A DNA stretch of 64,000 bases, from contig NC_086109.1 in the NCBI RefSeq assembly GCF_963921235.1, positions 7,442,001 through 7,506,000 of the forward strand, given 5' to 3'. The DNA comes from Mobula hypostoma (Eukaryota). The notes under the pieces are model-generated. The model was not told the origin of the DNA, made no database searches, and saw nothing but the letters and a program-made list of their open reading frames with translations. The stretch's first letter is position 1. Each line of letters starts with the position of its first letter. Below, piece by piece: positions 31,945 through 42,914 of the stretch. A program made the translations under genes and the position numbers.

Positions 31945-34872
31945 TTGCAGGGGGATGGGAACCAGAGTGCCAGAGCTGACAGTGTGGCTGGGGTGAAAAT
32001 AAATGATGTTGAAAGTTTAAGCAAATCCACTGATAGAAAGCTTGTGAGTGGTGGTAAAAATCTTCTGAGGTGTATATATTTCAATTATAGGAGTATTGCG
32101 GGGAAGGCGGATGAGTTGAGGGTGTGGATTGACACATGGAATTATGATGTTGTAGCAATTAGTGAAACTTGGCTACAGGAGGGGCAGGACTGGCAGCTTA
32201 ATATTCCAGGGTTCCGATGTTTCAGATGTGATCGAGGCAGAGGAATGAAAGGTGGGGGAGTAGCATTGCTTGTTAGGGAAAATATTACAGCAGTGCTCAG
32301 GCAGGACAGATTACAGGGACTGTCTACTGAGTCCTTATGGGTGGAGCTGAGAAACAGGAAAGGTATGGCCACATTAGTGGGATTGTATTACAGACCACCC
32401 AATAGTCAATGAGACTTGGAAGAGCAAATCTGCAGAGAGATAGCAGGCAACTGCAGGAAACATAAAGTTGTGGTGGTAGGGGATTTTAAGTTTCCATACA
32501 TTGATTGGGACTCCCATACTGTTAGGGGTCTAGATGGTTTAGAGTTTGTAAAATGTGTTCAGGAAAGTTTTCTAAATCAATATATAGAGGGACCAACTAG
32601 AGGGGATGCAATATTGGATCTCCTGTTAGGAAACAAATTAGGGCAAGTGACAGAAGTCTGTGTAGGGGAGCACTTTGGTTCCAGTGATCATAACACCATT
32701 AGTTTCAATTTGATCATGGACAAGGATAGATCTGGTCCTAGGGTTGAGGTTCTGAACTGGAAGAAGGCCAAATTTGAAGAAATGAGAAAGGATCTAAAAA
32801 GCGTGGATTGGGACAGGTTGTTCTCTGGTAAAGATGTGATTGGTAGGTGGGAAGCCTTCAAAGGGGAAATTTTGAGAGTGCAGAGTTTGTATGTTCCTGT
32901 CAGGATTAAAGGCAAATTGAATAGGAATAAGGAACCTTGGTTCTCAAGGGATATTGCAACTCTGATAAAGAATAAAAGGGAGTTGTATGAAATGTATAGG
33001 AAACAGGGGGTAAATCAGGTGCTTGAGGAGTATAAGAAGTGCAAGAAAATACTTAAGAAAGAAATCAGGAGGGCTAAAAGAAGACATGAGGTTGCCTTGG
33101 CAGTCAAAGTGAAGGATAATCCAAAGAGCTTTTACAAGTATATTAAGAGCAAAAGGATTGTGAGGGATAAAATTGGTCCTCTTGAAGATCAGAGTGGTCG
33201 GCTTTGTGCGGAACCAAAGGAAATGGGGGAGATCTTAAATAGGTTTTTTGCGTCTGTATTTACTAAGGAAGCTGGCATGAAATCTATGGAATTGAGGGAA
33301 TCAAGTAGTGAGACCATGGAAACTGTACAGATTGAAAAGGAGGAGGTGCTTGCTGTCTTGAGGAAAATTAAAGTGGATAAATCCCCGGGACCTGACAGAG
33401 TGTTCCCTCGGACCTTGAAGGAGACTAGTGTTGAAATTGTGGGGGCCCTGGCAGAAATATTTAAAATGTCGCTGTCTATGGGTGAAGTGCCGGAGGATTG
33501 GAGAGTGGCTCATGTTGTTCCGTTGTTTAAAAAAGGATCGAAAAGTAATCTGGGAAATTATAGGCCAGTGAGTTTAACGTCAGTAGTAGGTAAGTTATTG
33601 GAGGGAGTACTAAGAGACAGAATCTACAAGCATTTGGATAGACAGGGGCTTATTAGGGAGAGTCAACTTGACTTTGTGCGTGGTAGGTCATGTTTGACCA
33701 ATCTGTTGGAGTTTTTCGAGGAGGTTACCAGGAAAGTGGATGAAGGGAAGGCAGTGGATATTGTCTACATGGACTTCAGTAAGGCCTTTGAGAAGGTCCC
33801 GCATGGGAGGTTAGTTAGGAAAATTCAGTCGCTAGGTATACATGGAGAGGTGGTAAATTGGATTAGACATTGGCTCGATGGAAGAAGCCAGAGAGTGGTG
33901 GTAGAGAGTTGCTTCTCTGAGTGGAGGCCTGTGACTAGTGGTGTGCCACAGGGATCAGTGCTGGGTCCATTGTTATTTGTCATCTATATCAATGATCTGG
34001 ATGATAATGTGGTAAATTGGATCAGCAAGTTTGCTGATGATACCAAGATTGGAGGTGTAGTAGACAGTGAGGAAGGTTTTCAGAGCCTGCAGAGGGACTT
34101 GGACCAGCTGGAAAAATGGGCTGAAAAATGGCAGATGGAGTTTAATACTGACAAGTGTGAGGTATTGCACGTTGGAAGGACAAACCAACATAGAACATAC
34201 AGGGTTAATGGTAAGGCACTGAGGAGTGCAGTGGAACAGAGGGATCTGGGAATACAGATACAAAATTCCCTAGAAGTGTCATCACAGGTAGATAGGGTCG
34301 TAAAGAGAGCTTTTGGTACATTGGCCTTTATTAATCAAAGTATTGAGTATGAGAGCTGGAATGTTATGATGAGGTTGTATAAGGCATTGGTGAGGCCGAA
34401 TCTGGAGTATTGTGTTCAGTTTTGGTCACCAAATTACAGGAAGGATATAAATAAGGTTGAAAGAGTGCAGAGAAGGTTTACAAGGATGTTGCCGGGACTT
34501 GAGAAACTCAGTTACAGAGAAAGGTTGAATAGGTTAGGACTTTATTCCCTGGAGCGTAGAAGAATGAGGGGAGATTTGATAGAGGTATATAAAATTATGA
34601 TGGGTATAGATAGAGTGAATGCAAGCAGGCTTTTTCCACTGAGGCAAGGGGAGAAAAAAACCAGAGGACATGGGTTAAGGGTGAGGGGGGAAAACTTTAA
34701 AGGGAACATTAGTGGGGGCTTCTTCACACAGAGAGTGGTGGGAGTATGGAATGAGCTGCCAGACGAGGTGGTAAATGCGGGTTCTTTTTTAACATTTAAG
34801 AATAAATTGGACAGATACATGGATGGGAGGTGTATGGAGGGATATGGTCTGTGTACAGATCAGTGGGACTAG
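31945..34872 (+). pseudogene. CR1 ORF2 (APE endonuclease plus reverse transcriptase) with one in-frame stop at 32410-32412
   Basis: CIYFN..SETW..YYRPPN*..GDF..SSDH (APE); GNYRPVSLTS, YMDFSKAF, GVPQGSVLGPLLF, KFADDTK (RT). The TGA may be a CGA>TGA CpG transition. Confidence 0.95.
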
Positions 34873-35269
34873 GCAGAAAATGGTTCGGCACAGCCAAGAA
34901 GGGCCAAAGGGCCTGTTTCTGTGCTGTAGTTTCTATGGTTCTATGGTTCTAAACCAGCTGAAGTGGTTAATAAACAATAGCCAACCCTTTAGCAATGCCC
35001 GTTTTAAAACCAAAGTCTCCAATGGTTTGGATTCCAGTTTGAGATTGATAGCATTAATAAAAAGGGACAAATTTGTCTCTTTCTGAATTAAGTACAGGCT
35101 GATGCCCTTCACCTCTCGCCAGTTTTATACTTTCATACTTTTGACACTTAGCGGATTTTTTTTCCAAGTTCACACTTGCTGGGGCCCTGAGCCCCTACGG
35201 CTTCCAGGCAGCCCAAACCACAGCACGTACAATGGTTACTCTTTACCACAGCGACCTTCAACGTTAATG

Positions 35270-35452
35270 AGAAGACACAGGTTCAAATTCCACAGTGCCG
35301 GCTGAATCAGAGTAATAAACTAAATCTTAAATTAAAAAGCTGGTATCAACACAGTGATTTTAAAATTACTAGAGTGTCATAAAAACCCATCTGGTTCTTT
35401 CATACCCTTCTGAGAATCTGTTGTCCTTTCCTATTCTTTGTGACTCCAGAAC
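35270..35452 (+). mobile_element. Ancient tRNA-SINE-like fragment, family uncertain
   Basis: B-box-like ggttcaaattcc, then aaaaacccatctggttc...aatctgttgtcctt...tgtgactccaga, recalled from shark SINE sequences; single degraded copy here. Confidence 0.45.
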
Positions 35453-35807
35453 ACTAATTTGTTTGAGGCAATACACACAAAACACTGTAGAAACGCAACA
35501 GGTCTGCAGAGGAAATGGACAGTCAACAGTTTGGGTTGAGTCTCCTCAGCTGAACTGAGAGATAGAGGGAGACGGCCAGTATAGAGGTGGAGAGAGCTGG
35601 AGAGGGGTGGAGAGAAGGGTGGAGCAGGAGCTGACATGTAATGGGTGTGTCCAGGTGTTGGATTAGACTGTTTAATTTTCACTATCTTACTGTTCAATTG
35701 TTAGTTTCATTGCTGCTTAACAAGTAATTTACCTGCTAGTATTTTAATAGCTACATATGCACATGTAACTTCTTAGAGTGTATCCTAGTGGTCACAGTAT
35801 GTGTATG

Positions 35808-36324
35808 CATGTCAGTCTATGGCCTCCTCTATTGTGGCCACGAAGCCACACTCAGGTTGGAGGAGCAACACCTTAAATTCTGTCTGGGTAGCCTCCAACC
35901 TGATGGCATGAACGTCGATTTCTTGAACTTCTGGTAATGCCCCCACCTCGCTTCATCATTCCCCATTCCCCATTCCCATTTCCCTCTCTCACCTCATCTC
36001 CTTTCTCGCCCATCGCCTCCCTCTGGTTTTCCTCCCCCTTTTCTTTCTTCCATGGCCTTCCGTCCTCTCCTGTTGGATTCTCCCTTCTCCAGCCCTGTAT
36101 CACTTTCACTGGTCAACACGCGAGCTCTTCACTTCACCCTTCTCCCTCTCACCTTTCACCTATCACTTTGTGAGTCTTCCTCCCCTCCGCACATTTTCTT
36201 ACTCTGACTCCTCATCTTTTTTCTTCAGTCCTGATAAAGGGTCTCAGCCTGAAATGTTGACTGTATTCTTTTCCATAGATGCTGCCTGGCCTGCTGAGTT
36301 CCTCCAGCATTTTGTATATGTTGC
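35808..36324 (+). mobile_element. Penelope-like element 3' end inserted in the first unit of a 43-bp minisatellite
   Basis: MSVYGLLYCGHEATLRLEEQHLKFCLGSLQPDGMNVDFLNFW*; hammerhead-like motif at 36227-36262; TSD-like atgtgtatgca (35799-35809) / atgtatatgca (36325-36335). Confidence 0.88.
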
Positions 36325-36769
36325 ATGTATATGCAGTTGTTCAGTGTGCCCCCCCTAGTGGTCACAGTATGTATATGCAGCTGTTCAGTGTGTCCCCCTA
36401 GTGGTCACGGTATGTATATGCAGTTGTTCAGTGTGTCCTCCTAGTGGACACAGTATATATATGCAGTTGTTCAGTGTGTCCCCCTAGTGGTCACAGTATG
36501 TATATGCAGTTGTTCAGTGTGTCCTCCTAGTGGTCACAGTATGTATATGCAGTTGTTCAGTGTGTCCCCCTAGTGGTCACAGTATGTATATTGTTCAGTG
36601 TGTCCCCCTAGTGGTCACAGTATGTATATGCAGTTGTTCAGTGTGTCCTCCTATTGGTCACAGTATGTATATGCAGTTGTTCAGTGTGTCCTCCTAGTGG
36701 TCACAGTATGTATATGCAGTTGTTCAGTGTGTCCTCCTATTGGTCACAGTATGTATATGCAGTTGTTCA
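36325..36769. repeat. 43-bp minisatellite, ~10 units
   Basis: Unit tgtatatgcagttgttcagtgtgtcc(c/t)cctagtggtcacagta; a partial unit also lies at 35777-35809. Confidence 0.96.
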
Positions 36770-37089
36770 TTCTGTTCCCTAATGGTATCAGTTCTTTGTA
36801 ACATTCTGGAAAGCTCTGGAAGCTTCTCACAGTGGTTATCTGATTAGTTGACTATTGTCATTAAAATTGAATGGAATATTTCTTACCTATGGAATACAAA
36901 AAGAGGTGACCACACAGCAGCACCATCATTTTCTTTCTTTTTGCTTGTCTCTCCTTTCTAATACTAGCTTCTGTTCCTATTTCTGTCTGTTTTCAATTTT
37001 CTTTCTTCTATCAACACTTGATAGAACGATCATGAAGCAAAAGGTTTTGTGCTTCTTTCTTGATGTCCGAAAGAGCCTTGGATTTAAAA

Positions 37090-38132
37090 TGTCAGAAGGG
37101 GCCAAGTGAGGGGGCCACCAAGAGACCTATGACAACTCCAGAGGACTTACAAACTTCAGTGGCTGAGGTGGGAGAGACTGCGCAAACAATAACTGTTACC
37201 CGGGAGCTTCACCAGTCACAGCTTTATGGGAGAGTGACAGAGAGAAAGCCACTGTTGAAAAAAACCCACATGAAATCTCGGCTAGAGTTTGCCAGAAGGT
37301 ATGTGGGGAAACTCTGAAGTCAGCTGGAGGAAGGTTCTATCGTCTGTTGAAACCAAAATTGAGCTTTTTGGCCATCAGACTAAATGTTATGTTTGGAGTA
37401 AGCCAAAAAGCCACACATGATCAAAAACACGCCGTCCCTACCGTGAAGCATGGTGGTGGCTGCATCATGCTGTGGGGATGCTTCACTGGAAGGCTTGTGA
37501 AGGTAGAGAGTAAAATGAATGCAGCAAAATACAGGGAAATCCTGGAGGGAAACCAGATATAGTCTGCAAGAGAACTGCGACTTGGGAGAAGACTTGTTTT
37601 CCAGCAAGACAATGACCCCAGGCATAAAGCCAAAGCTACACAGGAATGGCCTAAAAACAACAAAGTTAATGTCCTGGAGTGGCCAAGTCAGAGACCAGAT
37701 CTCAATCCAACTGAGAATTTGTGGCTGGACTTGGAAAGGGCTGTTTACTCACGATCCCCATGCAATCTGACAGAGCTTGAGCAGTTTTGTAAAGAAGAAT
37801 GGGGGAAAATTGCAGTGTTCAGATGTGCAAAGCTGATAGAGACCTATCCACACAGACTCAAGGCTGTAATTGCTACCAAAGGTGCATCTAACTAAATACT
37901 GACTTGCAGGGTCAGGGGTGGGGGAGTAATTACGTAATCAATTATTTTGTGTTTAATAATTGTAATAAATTTTGACCAGTTTTTAGAAATTTGTTTTCAC
38001 TTTGACATGAGAGTCTTTTTCTGTTGATCAGTGTCAAAAAAAGCCAAATTAAATCCACTGTGATTCAATGTTGTAAAACAATAAAACATGGAAACTTCCA
38101 GGGGGGAGGAGGAGTACTTTTTACAGGCACTG
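37090..38132 (+). mobile_element. 5'-truncated Tc1 (DD34E) transposon with a disrupted transposase and right TIR
   Basis: LYGRVTERKPLLKK...PTVKHGGGCIMLWGCF...FQQDNDPRHKAK...LEWPSQRPDLNPTENLW; ends in tactttttacaggcactg. Confidence 0.93.
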
Positions 38133-39811
38133 TGTATGTACTTTGATAATTAATTTACTTTGAACTTTGAACCTTGAGGGCACCTGGGGGTCATATTTGT
38201 TGCTATGGGTGTGGAGTCTCCTCTAAAGGTCAGTACAGTGGGCAGTGAAGAGAATTCTGACAGACTGCAGCCCGGCCTGGTGTAGAAGTTCCAATGCACA
38301 GGGTTGGGAAAAAACCGCAGAGGATTATCAACTCAACCAACTCTGTCGCAGGCACGGCCCTCCCACTGGGGACACCATCAAGAGACAGCGCTTCAAGAAG
38401 GCGCACATGGCACTTGCGTGCTGGTCCCAGGACAAATTTTCTGAAACGGTAACACGGAGAAATTTAAAGTTACTGGAAGTGATGTCTGTGCTATAATTTT
38501 GAATCATGAAATACTCTAATATTGGATTCCTACTCACTGAATAGTTGGCAGGACAGGGCAAAGTTGCAGTCAGCGGAATGAGTTGCAATGTAAAAGGGGG
38601 TCAAAATCGAAAAGGGTGATGAATACAGGACTGAATTTGTTATATTTGAATACAGAATAAGGCAGATGAACTTGAAGTACAGTTGCAGATTGGCATGTGT
38701 GACATTGAGAGCATCATTGAATCATGACTGAAAGAGGATTATAGGGAATTTATTGCCACAGGTGGCTGTGGAGGCCAAATATTGGATATATCTAAGGCAG
38801 AGATTGATGGGTTCTTGATTAGTCAGGGCAGGAAGGGTTTCAGGGAGGGGCTGTGAAGGAAATGGTGCACCCATAATGAAATGGCAGAGCAGACCCTACT
38901 CCTACATCATATGTCTTTTTGGAAAGCGGAATAAAATGTGAGTCGAAAAGTAGTAGAATCTGGGGGACAGTAATAGTAATGTGGGGGAAATAAAAAAGAA
39001 TCGGATTGGTATAGGGCCAGTGCTGATGGCTGGGGTGGTCAATGGGCTGAATGGCCTGATCCTACGTTAAGTCCATCGCCGATTCTGTGGGGTGGCCCAC
39101 ACTCCCTGCAACCCACAAGCGATGTTTCGAAGCAACCGAGAGAGACAGATTAGTGGTGAATTAAATACTTCATTGATCAGCTCCCAATAAAACTCAACGC
39201 AGAAATCCAGGTACACTGCAGAATAAACCCAGCACAGCAGGTAGTAGTTACGGAGAGACACACGGAGGTAATGTTAAAACATCGACCAGTACAGACCCTT
39301 CAGCTTATAACCTTCTCTTGTAACTTTTCACTCCACATAGCCCATAACCCTTCACTGTCCTTTCATCCTTGTGCCAACCTAACAAGTCTCTTAAATGTCC
39401 CTAATGTATCTGCCTCTATCACCACCCCAGGCAGCGAGTTCTACGCACCCACCACTCTCTGTGTAAAAAACCCACCTCTGACACCCCACCTAAACTTCCC
39501 TCCAATCACCGTAGAAGTACGTCCTCTCACATTAACCATTGCTGCCCTGGGAAGAAGATGCTTTCTGCCTCTTATCATCTTGTACACCTCTATCAACTCA
39601 GCTCTCATCCTCCTTCACTCCAAAGAGAAAGGCCCCAGCTGGCTCAACGTTCTTTGTATGACATGCTCTCTAACCCAGGCAGCGTCCTGGTGAATCTCCT
39701 CTGCGATCCCTCTGAAGGTTCCACACCCTTTCTATAATAAGTCAACTGGGACTGAACGCAATACTCCAGGTATGGTCTAACCAGAGTTTTATAGAGCTTC
39801 AACATCACTCA

Positions 39812-40222
39812 CCTTTACTTACTACCCATTACGCCACCAGAGTTTAAGGCAGCAATGAAGGTCCTCCAGCTCTGGGCTTCCTTCATTGTGTCAGTAGCTC
39901 AGTTTTCACTGCTGTTAGTCATGCAAGTCCCTGGTGGAGACTCAGGAATACCATCAAACTCAGATGCAGAAGGTTTCTTCATTACTGTTTCCCTAACAGT
40001 TTTGTTTTACCAGTCAGGGTTGTCAGCCCTGAGCTGAGCTCCCGAACCTGGAGGACTGGTGGACCACTCTTAGTCTGGCCTTTACCCTTTGACCTGTCTG
40101 GCATGGGTGACCCTACCAAGAGTCAAAACATAAAGCCCTGACTCCAGCCAACACGGCTGTCCGGGTCATTGAGGCACACGAGTCTCCAAACCCGACAATA
40201 AGGTCGAGGTCCTCCTGCAGGT
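39812..40222 (-). mobile_element. Non-coding RTE-related retroposon, family C
   Basis: Shared blocks (ccctgagctgaac..cctggagga..ggtggaccactcttagtctgg; gggtgaccctacca) with 21733-21965, 22345-22545 and 62113-62385; the minus strand ends in gtagtaagtaa. Confidence 0.65.
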
Positions 40223-40360
40223 CCTGAATTCAATCCCCTGAGAAATGAAGCCCAACACAACACTAACCTTCTTACCACCCTTTCAGCCACTTAGAGAGAT
40301 CAGTGGAAGTGGTCCCTGAGACCCCTCTGTTCCTCCACGCTACCAAGGGTCCTCCTATTA

Positions 40361-41038
40361 GATTAGATTTAGATTATGAGAACACTCAGTCCTCTTTTAT
40401 TGTCATTTAGAAATGCATACATGCATTAAGAAATGATACAATGTTTCTCCGGAGTGATATCACAGAAAACAGGACAGACCAAAGACTAAGACTGACAGAA
40501 CCACATAATTATAACATATAGTTACAGCAGTGCAAAGCAATACCATAATTTGATGAAGAACAAACCATGGGCACGGTAAAAAAAAGTCTCAAAGTCCCCG
40601 AGTCGATTGACTCCCGAATCCCCGATAGCGGCGGCAAAAGGGAGAAATCCAGGCACCGTCAACTTGCCGATGCCTTGGAAGCAGCCGACCACAGCCGACA
40701 CTGAGTCCATCCGTCTGAAAACTCCGAGCTTCCGACCAGCCTCTCCGATACGGCCTCCCGAGCGCCATCCCCTGCCGAGCGCCTTCGACCTCTCCCCGGC
40801 CGCTGAAACACGCAAAGCCGAGGATTTCAGGGCCTTCAGCTCCGGAGATTCCGGTTACCACACAGTAGCAGCGGCAGCGAAGTGGGCATTCCAGAAGTTT
40901 TCCAGATGTTCCTCCGTACTCTCACATCCGTCTCCACCAAATCAGGATTGTGCACGGTCCCCTACTTGACAGATTATAGATATCATTCACCGGAGAGTCT
41001 GCCGTTGCGCCACCATCTTCTCCCCCCTGAAGTTCTCT
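40361..41038 (-). mobile_element. Apparently complete non-autonomous retroposon with a Rex-type tail
   Basis: Minus strand starts near gagaagatggtggcg, has a CpG-rich body, and ends aatgacaataaaagagg...(tctaa)n; TSD tcctcctatta (40350-40360) / tcctcctagta (41039-41049). Confidence 0.75.
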
Positions 41039-41294
41039 TCCTCCTAGTAACCCTGTAATCGACCGTTAAGTTCAATTTTCCAAAGTGAATCACTTCACAT
41101 GTATCCAGATTGAACTCCATCTGCTACTTCTCATCCCAGCTCAAAATCCTTGTAATTTAGAACAACATTCTACATGATCCACAACACCACCAAACTTCAT
41201 GTCCACTGAAAGCTTACTAAGTCCACACTGCAGGTTATTCTCTCCACAGCTGCTGCCTGACCCGTTCAACAAAGGCAGAGGTGGAAGCCTCAAT

Positions 41295-42520
41295 GTCATT
41301 ATATATTGTATGACGTGGGCGATCACGGTCTTTCCATGGCCATGATTGTTCTCGGCAAATTTACCTACAGAAGCCTGGGCAGTGTCTTTACAAGACAGGT
41401 GATCCCAGTCATTATCAATACTCTTCAGAGATTGTCTGCCTGGTGTCAGTGGTCATATAACCAGGACTTGTGATCTGCACCGGCTGCTCGTAGGACCATC
41501 CACCACCTGCTCCCATGGTTTCTCCCTGGTCGGAGGGCCAAGCAAAGGTTCAAAGGTTAATTTTATTATCAAAGTTTACATGTACAGTACAACTCTGATG
41601 TTCACCTTCTCCAGGTAGCCATGAAATACAGAAGAAAACCCACAAGAGTCATTGAAAGAAAATACATCAACCACCCCCCCCATGCATGAAAAGGAAAAAG
41701 AAACAAAACTGGCTAACCCCAAGTCTCCCCACCCTCTCCAATGCACAAAAAACAACAGATTGCCCACACGGAAGACAGCAGCTGGAACATTAAATCCCAA
41801 ACTCACAATGCCCCCCCCACGCGGAAACCAGCAGATCACCCACACAGAAGGTGGCAGCCAGAAGATCAGAAACCCCAAACCCCCCACCCCCTCCCATGCA
41901 CAAAAACAGTGACAACGCATTAAACCCCCAAACCCTCCCCTGCAAAAGGGAACAGTGCCAACAGCACCGAATCCCTAACCCCCTCTCCGTCCCACAAAAA
42001 CCAACAGATCGTCCTCCCGGAACCCCAATCTGCCAGTTGGCAACAAGAGAGAAAAGTGAATGAGAGCAAGGTAAACCACAGTCCAATTCTCAGATAAGTC
42101 TCAGAATTCCGAAAACATCCTTCTGCCAAAGTCGAGAGGAGGGCAGCCCTTCCGCAAAGAGTGTCGGCAATCCACGGCCTTCCCAAAACCACTGACCCCG
42201 CTACCAACCGCCATCGACCCACAGCCTCCGTGGAGAGCGACCGCTGACCTCCTCTGCATTATCCTCGATGCCTCACCTCCATCGACAGTTTACAATGAAG
42301 TCGATTGTGGCTCTGGTCTTCCGCACGTGTCTCAGAGGATAGCAGAGCATCAGAAGACTCGATCGAACTCCAAACTGCGCGCCCCAGGCTCCAACAATCT
42401 CCGAAACGCAACCAAGACAGAAAGAACCAACAGAAGACGTAAATGACCTGAAGGCTGGCAGAGGGAAGGAGCAACTTACACCTCCCTTGGTAGAGACGTA
42501 CCTTCACCCCACCTCCCAGG
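41295..42520 (-). mobile_element. Family A repeat split by a Rex-tailed non-coding element (41546-~42440)
   Basis: Halves at 41295-41545 and 42443-42520 join to match 53340-53720; the insert begins with the ggttcaaaggttaatttttattatcaaagt tail. Confidence 0.7.
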
Positions 42521-42914
42521 ATGGAAACCACTTGGCCTACTTTGTCCATACTAGTCAGAGTTTTCCAAACTCACCAAACCCAGCGGATTAAAATTCAGAA
42601 CATGTTCTTTTATGCAGGTGATCTCTATTTCATGCATTTTATATGGAAATTGAGGTGAAATGATTTCTCCAGTTATTGTCATAAGTGAATAGATGGTGTC
42701 TATGTTTGAATAGACGTGTTTTCCCCTGTGCTCTGTTTATAGAATGTCTGATCGGTTAATGGGAATGCATGTGGTGGTTAGTGCTGCCCAGCTGAGTAGG
42801 TATTTAACTCATTAAACAGAATTTTAAAATAACAGGGGGTTTCTTTGAAGAAAGGAGCCACTATCTCATTCAGTTTTAACAGTGTTTTAGCAAACCAACT
42901 GTGACAGAAGAGAC

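Larger units (their letters stand above)
30800..34950 (+). mobile_element. Near-intact full-length CR1 LINE
   Basis: CpG-rich 5' UTR, ORF1, ORF2, 3' hairpin (gggccaaagggcc) and (ttctatgg)n tail at ~34931-34950. The 5' boundary is uncertain; no convincing TSD. Confidence 0.95.
39280..41220 (-). mobile_element. Old CR1 3' region hosting two insertions
   Basis: caccactctctgtgtaaaaaac, tcttgtacacctctatcaa and caacaccaccaaacttcatgtc are reverse complements of CR1 ORF2 motifs. Confidence 0.8.
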
